A DNA stretch of 58,249 bases from a virus (lineage: Duplodnaviria; Caudoviricetes). Both the position numbers and the translations under genes were made by a program. Shown one piece after another: positions 53,607-58,249 of the stretch. Below the pieces are notes generated by a model. That model was given only the letters and a program-made list of their open reading frames with translations. It was not told the DNA's origin and did not search any database. The first letter of the stretch is position 1; each line of letters begins with the position of its first letter. The stretch lies in the IMG/VR virus record IMGVR_UViG_3300043432_000295, positions 1 through 58,249 of that record. One strand, given 5' to 3'.

Positions 53607-53758
53607 CGCCCGAGGACGTCTGGATCGTCAACGGGCACGCGCCGTGGTGCTCCTACATTCGCTCGCTCGACGACCTCGACGACGAGGAGCCGTGCAACTG
53701 CGCCGGTTGGGATGACGACGACGAAGGCTTCTGGGACGAAGACGAGGACCCGTCGTGA
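53603..53758 (+). CDS. 51-aa highly acidic protein
   Basis: GTGA-coupled at both ends; H..WC...CNC, D/E-rich tail. Confidence 0.5.
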   Translation: MTPEDVWIVNGHAPWCSYIRSLDDLDDEEPCNCAGWDDDDEGFWDEDEDPS

Positions 53759-53955
53759 CCCACCGGACCGCACAGCAGAAGGCCCGTGACCGCAGGGCCA
53801 ACCCGCTCGGGGGCAGGCCGGCACAGATCGCCCCCGCGCACCCCGTCGCGCCGGTGGCGTGCGTGACGTGCGGCGACGTTCGGATCATCCACCGCGACGG
53901 CGGCCCGTGCCTGCGGGCCGGCTGCGACTGCGAGACGTACGTGGAGGAGACCTGA
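53755..53955 (+). CDS. small Cys-rich protein
   Basis: CVTCG...H...C...GC.C..Y. Confidence 0.55.
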   Translation: MTHRTAQQKARDRRANPLGGRPAQIAPAHPVAPVACVTCGDVRIIHRDGGPCLRAGCDCETYVEET

Positions 53956-54146
53956 TGTCCATCGTCCGCGAGCGCTACACCCCGCCGGCCGCGGTCGCCC
54001 CGTGCCGTGACTGCGGCGAAGACCTGGCCCACCCACACCCTCTGGGCGCGCACCTGCCGGGCTGTGGCCGGTCGGGCCGGACACAGACCCAAGAACCCCG
54101 GCCGGTGGAGACGCCACCGACCGGTCACCGAAAGGATCACACATGA
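53955..54146 (+). CDS. small hypothetical protein
   Basis: SD GGAGG; TGATG-coupled. Confidence 0.5.
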   Translation: MSIVRERYTPPAAVAPCRDCGEDLAHPHPLGAHLPGCGRSGRTQTQEPRPVETPPTGHRKDHT

Positions 54147-54400
54147 TCAGGATCGTCATCGCCCAACGCGGCTGGGTTTTCGTCGGCCGCGTCGCCGAGA
54201 CCGGAGACCAGGTCGTCATCGCCGACGCGCGCGTGGTGCGGCGTTGGGGCACCGACACGGGCCTGGGCCAACTCGCCGAGCAGGGCCCGCAGCGCAACAC
54301 GGTCCTCGACCCGGCCGGCACGGTCCGCCTTCACCAGCTGGCCGTGGTGGCACAGCTCGACGCCAAGGAGGACGTGTGGGCGCCGGCGCTGGCCTCCTGA
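54143..54400 (+). CDS. Sm-like DUF6948-type phage protein
   Basis: IVIAQRGWVFVG...ARVVRRWGT..GLGQLA..GP. Confidence 0.7.
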   Translation: MIRIVIAQRGWVFVGRVAETGDQVVIADARVVRRWGTDTGLGQLAEQGPQRNTVLDPAGTVRLHQLAVVAQLDAKEDVWAPALAS

Positions 54401-54708
54401 CCTTGGCCGGCAGCCTGACCGACGTCGGTCATCCCGTGGGCGGCGACGGCGACGGCGACGGCGGCGGCTACGGCTACGGCGACGGCGACGGCGACGGCGG
54501 CGGCTACGGCTACGGCTACGGCGACGGCGGCGGCTACGGCTACGGCGACGGCTACGGCGACGGCGACGGCGACGGCGACGGCGGCGGCGACGGCTACGGC
54601 TACGGCGGCGGCTACGGCGACGGCTACGGCGACGGCGACGGCGACGGCGACGGCTACGGCTACGGCGACGGCTACGGCGGCGGCTACGACCGGATCAACC
54701 TCAACTGA
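54376..54708 (+). CDS. Gly-Tyr-Asp repeat protein
   Basis: SD AAGGAGG, GTG start; about 80 residues of (GY/GD/GG)n. Confidence 0.65.
   Translation: MGAGAGLLTLAGSLTDVGHPVGGDGDGDGGGYGYGDGDGDGGGYGYGYGDGGGYGYGDGYGDGDGDGDGGGDGYGYGGGYGDGYGDGDGDGDGYGYGDGYGGGYDRINLN
54440..54690 (+). repeat. GGCGAC/GGCTAC hexamer tandem repeat
   Basis: Mixed 6-bp units encoding GD/GY/GG. Confidence 0.9.
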
Positions 54709-54807
54709 ATCAGCAACGCCCGGGCGGTCACGTTGGACCGCCCGGGCCAGGACATGGGAGAAGCCGATGGCCCCCGCAGTGACCAGGACGACCACTGGGA
54801 GCGGGAA

Positions 54808-55650
54808 GTGAGCGACCACGATGGCCATGAGGTGAAGTGCGGACCGGACTGCCCGGCCCGGTGCGAGTCGCTGCTCGATCTGGTGACCGACGAGCCCGAA
54901 GACCATGGCCCATGCGCCGCCAGGATCGCCGAGCTCATCGCCGAGCGGGACCGGCTGCGCGAGCAGGCCGAACGGTATCCAGTGCCCGCCGCCATCGACG
55001 ACCTCCACGACTTCGTGACCGAAGCGATTCGGCCACATCTCAACCACCTCCACGACGAGGCTGAGGAGTGCTGGGAGGTCACGGCAGAAGGGCCGTCAGG
55101 GCTTGCCGACATCATGATCGAAGCCTTGATCTCGGCGGCCCGTGTGCCCGGCATCGTGGACCAGCACATCGCCTTCGAGTACCGAGGCGCCCGGGAGCAG
55201 GTGACCCGCTTCGCCGAACATGTCGTTGCAGTCGAAGCCGAGCGCGACGCCGCCCAGGCCCGTCTCGTCGAGATGACCGAGCGGGCAACGATGGCCGAAC
55301 TCAACCTCCGGGACTCGCTTGCCCGTCGGTGCGCTGTCCGCTACGAGGAGACCGAGCAGCTGCGCGCAGAACTGGAGCGACTCACTGCCACCTGCTCGTG
55401 CGGCACGTCGTCCGTGACCTACGAGGGGCCCGAACCGGACTGTGCAGTGCACGGCGCCGTCCAGGCGTACAACCGCGCGGCCGCCGAGTTGGAGCGGTTG
55501 AGGCCGGTCGTCGAGGCGGCGCGGGCGTGGGTCAAGCGAATCGTCGATCCGCCCAACCTGTGGGCTGACGAGCAGGACTTTGCACTCATCGCCGCCGTTG
55601 ATGCCTTCGGTGCGGGCCCGGCTGGCGAGGAGGGCGGCGGCGATGGCTGA
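54808..55650 (+). CDS. coiled-coil hypothetical protein
   Basis: AERD..., C.C...YEGPEPDC.VHG module; start uncertain. Confidence 0.6.
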   Translation: MSDHDGHEVKCGPDCPARCESLLDLVTDEPEDHGPCAARIAELIAERDRLREQAERYPVPAAIDDLHDFVTEAIRPHLNHLHDEAEECWEVTAEGPSGLADIMIEALISAARVPGIVDQHIAFEYRGAREQVTRFAEHVVAVEAERDAAQARLVEMTERATMAELNLRDSLARRCAVRYEETEQLRAELERLTATCSCGTSSVTYEGPEPDCAVHGAVQAYNRAAAELERLRPVVEAARAWVKRIVDPPNLWADEQDFALIAAVDAFGAGPAGEEGGGDG

Positions 55651-55825
55651 GTCGTCATGCCCAACCGGGAAGATCCGATACCGCGACGAACTGGCGGCGC
55701 GGATCGCGCTCGCCAAACTCCAGCGCGCAGATCGCGGACAGCGCCGCGCCTACCGCTGCCCGCCGTGCCGCGGCTGGCATCTGACGTCGATGGGTGAGAA
55801 GGGCGGCGGCGATGACCCTGCATGA
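55643..55825 (+). CDS. small Zn-binding protein
   Basis: CPTGKIRY...RAYRCPPCRGWHLTS. Confidence 0.7.
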   Translation: MAESSCPTGKIRYRDELAARIALAKLQRADRGQRRAYRCPPCRGWHLTSMGEKGGGDDPA

Positions 55826-56315
55826 CCGGCTGGAGGCCGCCATCAACGAACGGCTCGCGGTGGCACAGGCGGCTGGCGGCCAATCGTGGAAGACGAGCAT
55901 GATCTCCCTCTACATGAACGGCAACGAGGACGGCGCGATTCGGCCGGTCAGCGGTGGCCCGTTCGTGATCCAGGGCCGCTTCGTCGGTGGCGTCGCGACC
56001 CATGTGGTCGCCAACGACCCGGCCCGCGTCCATCTGCATCGAGATCGCCGACCTTGCCGCCGACGCATACGCCATCACCATCGAGGAGTCCTGATGTCCA
56101 ACCTTCCCGCCTACGCCAAGACCACACGCCAGGAGATCGTCGCCGACGTCCTGGCCCAGGGCTACGACGCCCTGATGCTCACCGACCAGTACCACGCCGA
56201 CGTCGCCGAGCGGGTGGTGGCGGCCCTGGACGAGGACGACGCGTTCGGCCGGCCGCCGGCGCTGGACCCGGCCCACTGCCGCGCCACCTACCTGCGCGAT
56301 GGGAAGGGCGAGTAG
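55812..56315 (+). CDS. hypothetical protein, probably a truncated gene in frame with a second gene starting at 56094
   Basis: HVVANDPARV motif then low-complexity junction; internal SD GAGGAG plus ATG 56094. Confidence 0.45.
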   Translation: MTLHDRLEAAINERLAVAQAAGGQSWKTSMISLYMNGNEDGAIRPVSGGPFVIQGRFVGGVATHVVANDPARVHLHRDRRPCRRRIRHHHRGVLMSNLPAYAKTTRQEIVADVLAQGYDALMLTDQYHADVAERVVAALDEDDAFGRPPALDPAHCRATYLRDGKGE

Positions 56316-56684
56316 ATGGGCTACGGAGAGCACCACGAGTTGGTCCGCGACTTCGGCGGGCCCCGACCGACCATCACCGTCCTGTGTGGATCGACCCGGT
56401 TCTACGAGACGTTCGCCCACCAGAACCTCATGCTGACCCTGGCCGGCCACATCGTGCTCACCATCGGCTGCGACACCAAACGCGATGAGGACCTGATGGC
56501 CGGCGGCGTGTTCGGCCCAGCGCTCAAGGAACGCCTCGACGAACTGCACAAGCGGAAGATCGATCTCGCCGACGAGGTGCTTGTGCTCAACGTCGGCGGC
56601 TACATCGGCGACTCGACCCGCAGCGAGATCGCCTACGCCGAGCAGATCGGCCGCCCGGTCCACTACCTCGAGGAGGGCGAGTAG
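56316..56684 (+). CDS. nucleoside 2-deoxyribosyltransferase-like fold protein
   Basis: VLCGSTRF...LH.RKIDLADEVLVLN.GGYIG.ST.SEI.YA. Confidence 0.7.
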   Translation: MGYGEHHELVRDFGGPRPTITVLCGSTRFYETFAHQNLMLTLAGHIVLTIGCDTKRDEDLMAGGVFGPALKERLDELHKRKIDLADEVLVLNVGGYIGDSTRSEIAYAEQIGRPVHYLEEGE

Positions 56685-56807
56685 ATGGGCGAGCCGGGGC
56701 GGCGGCCGAGCTGGCACGAGTCGCTGTTCAGCACCGAGGGTGTCGTGATCGTGCTGTGGCTGGCCTTCGACGCGATCGTGCTCGCCGCGATCCTGTGGGG
56801 GAAGTGA
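56685..56807 (+). CDS. small membrane peptide
   Basis: SD GGAGG; one TM. Confidence 0.5.
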   Translation: MGEPGRRPSWHESLFSTEGVVIVLWLAFDAIVLAAILWGK

Positions 56808-57388
56808 TGGCCGACCGGCAGATCGTCCCGACCGGCCAGCACATCCAGGTCGATCCGGTCGACCGCATCCCCGACTACGACCCGCGAGCCGGCAACCACC
56901 TGTGGTCCATGACCGGCCTGTGGCAGGTCGACCCGCAGCAGTGGTCGAGCGGTGACGCCAGCATCACGCCGTTCCTGGACCACGAGAACCTGCTCAGCAT
57001 CGCCGGCCCGGGCTGCTTCTACTGCGAGCAGGTCTACACGCCGCTGCTCGCGTCCCGCCGCCGAGGCGGGCAGCTGATGGCCGACCCGAAGCCGGCACCC
57101 CAGCCAGCACCGACACCGAGGCCGCCCACACCATCACGGCCGCCGACCGCCCCGCGCATCCGCTGCGACCCGGGGCACCACCCATCCCCAGCAACTGACA
57201 GGAGGGCACCGTGGCCACACCGGACCGGCTGGCCGAACTGGCCGCCATGCTGGCCGCCCGGGTCCGCGACGACGATCCGGCCGCCAACGCCCGATGGCTG
57301 GCCGCCGAACTGCCCGATCCGGGCGATTGGTTCCGGCTGGCGTTCGTGCTCGGGGTGGACGCTGCGCGTGTTGCAGTGCTGCGGGTGA
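56807..57388 (+). CDS. hypothetical protein (3' end uncertain, possible frameshift)
   Basis: LDHENL...GCFYCEQ; runs into a Pro-rich segment and overlaps the next gene. Confidence 0.45.
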   Translation: MADRQIVPTGQHIQVDPVDRIPDYDPRAGNHLWSMTGLWQVDPQQWSSGDASITPFLDHENLLSIAGPGCFYCEQVYTPLLASRRRGGQLMADPKPAPQPAPTPRPPTPSRPPTAPRIRCDPGHHPSPATDRRAPWPHRTGWPNWPPCWPPGSATTIRPPTPDGWPPNCPIRAIGSGWRSCSGWTLRVLQCCG

Positions 57389-57531
57389 GAGAATGTGATG
57401 GTCGCGGCGGGAGCGCTGGAACGCTCAACCGCCGGACACAAACCGTTCCGACCTGCCCGCCGGAAAGGCTCAACCCCATGGTGGCATCACCCCCCGACAT
57501 TCGTCCCGCATCGACGGGGCGTGTCTCATGA
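57211..57531 (+). CDS. hypothetical protein
   Basis: SD AGGAGG; LAARVRDDDP. Confidence 0.5.
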   Translation: MATPDRLAELAAMLAARVRDDDPAANARWLAAELPDPGDWFRLAFVLGVDAARVAVLRVRECDGRGGSAGTLNRRTQTVPTCPPERLNPMVASPPDIRPASTGRVS

Positions 57532-57638
57532 TGAGCCTGCGGCCCGAACTGGTCGAGGTGAAGGGACCCCAGGACGCGCCATTCATCGGCGGCGAGAAGG
57601 TCTACACGCTCACCGGCGCTCGGGAGGTGGTCGCCTAA

Positions 57639-58212
57639 ATGCCAATCAGGTTCCAGGTCGACGGAGACTTCTACGACCACCCAAAGACCATCGGGATGAG
57701 CGACGGCGCGACTGCGCTGTGGGTTCGGGCCGGGTCGTATTCCGCGGCGAAGCTCACTGACGGCTTCGTCGCCGATGCGGCTCTGAGTCTGCTCTCACGG
57801 TGTCCAGAAGAGGCCGCGAGCGAACTGGTGGGATGCGGGTTGTGGCGCAGGGTCAAAGGAGGCTTTCGCTTCCACCAATGGGGCGTTCGGAACCTGACCC
57901 GGGAGCGCGTTGAAGCCGAGCGGGCGCGCGATCGGGAACGCAAACGAGACGAACGCGGTCACGGCTCGGTCACACTTAGCGTCACATGTAGCCAGTGTGG
58001 TCACACTTATGTCACAGCTAGGTCCGACTCAAAATACTGCTCCCCGAGGTGCCGTAAGGCGGCAAGTAGAGTGCCAAAGCCGCAGCTAGAGACGCAAGTT
58101 GTCCCGCTGGATTCCAATCCGGAATCCAGCGGGACTCCGCCGGGATTCCGGCCCCTGTCTGTGTCTGTGTCTGTGTCTGAGTCTGTGTCGGGGTCTGGAC
58201 ACGATCCGTCCC
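57639..58212 (+). CDS. RepA-like replication initiator, N-terminal part (continues at 1..449)
   Basis: FQVDGDFYDHPK...ALWVRAGSYS...TDGFV...LV..GLW...F.FHQW...R.RDRERK; missing from the ORF track because its stop lies past the junction. Confidence 0.8.
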
Positions 58213-58249
58213 CCCCCCCCCCCCCCCCCGGCCCGAACCCCCCCCCCCC
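58087..58249. repeat. Terminal direct repeat, copy 2, with degraded poly-C tail
   Basis: 58087-58212 equals 1-126; the remainder is a C-corrupted copy of 127-163. Confidence 0.9.

Noticed and set aside
54331-55053. (Val-Ala)n membrane protein on the minus strand
   Set aside because: Reverse reading of the GGCGAC/GGCTAC repeat; the plus-strand ORF has the SD and operon context
56807-57388. Programmed recoding in the run-on ORF
   Set aside because: Out-of-frame TGATG and overlap with the next gene suggest a mutation or sequencing indel; cannot be resolved from one sequence
58213-58249. Poly-C tail as a biological homopolymer or telomere
   Set aside because: It aligns with 127-163 with most non-C bases replaced by C, so it is most likely a low-quality read end

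Overview
The window looks like one complete, circularly permuted ~58.1 kb high-GC actinobacteriophage (siphovirus-type) genome. Bases 58087-58212 repeat bases 1-126, and a RepA-like initiator ORF reads across that junction. Plus-strand order: terminase (TerL carries an intein), portal, a 1490-aa MuF fusion protein, a 2H-phosphoesterase, protease, two capsid proteins, tail genes, a cluster of 5 glycosyltransferases and 2 methyltransferases, lysis genes and two moron-like genes. A minus-strand block of small genes (40.9-44.3 kb) follows, separated by large structured non-coding RNAs, and then a plus-strand early/recombination/replication region. I could not recognise an integrase, ParAB, DNA polymerase, tRNA or CRISPR array. 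Most notable: (1) a repeated, covarying tandem-hairpin and SD-hairpin RNA module in front of five consecutive genes, with T-loop-like hairpins and two 380-500 nt structured leaders; (2) an HNH endonuclease in a different reading frame inside the TerL intein, apparently with its own leaderless promoter; (3) a six-copy TTGACRYGTCACTAGG operator in often divergent leaderless promoters, one driving an RHH protein; (4) a MuF protein carrying peptidase-, kinase- and ADP-ribosyltransferase-like domains. All family assignments are from motif recognition by eye, not database searches.
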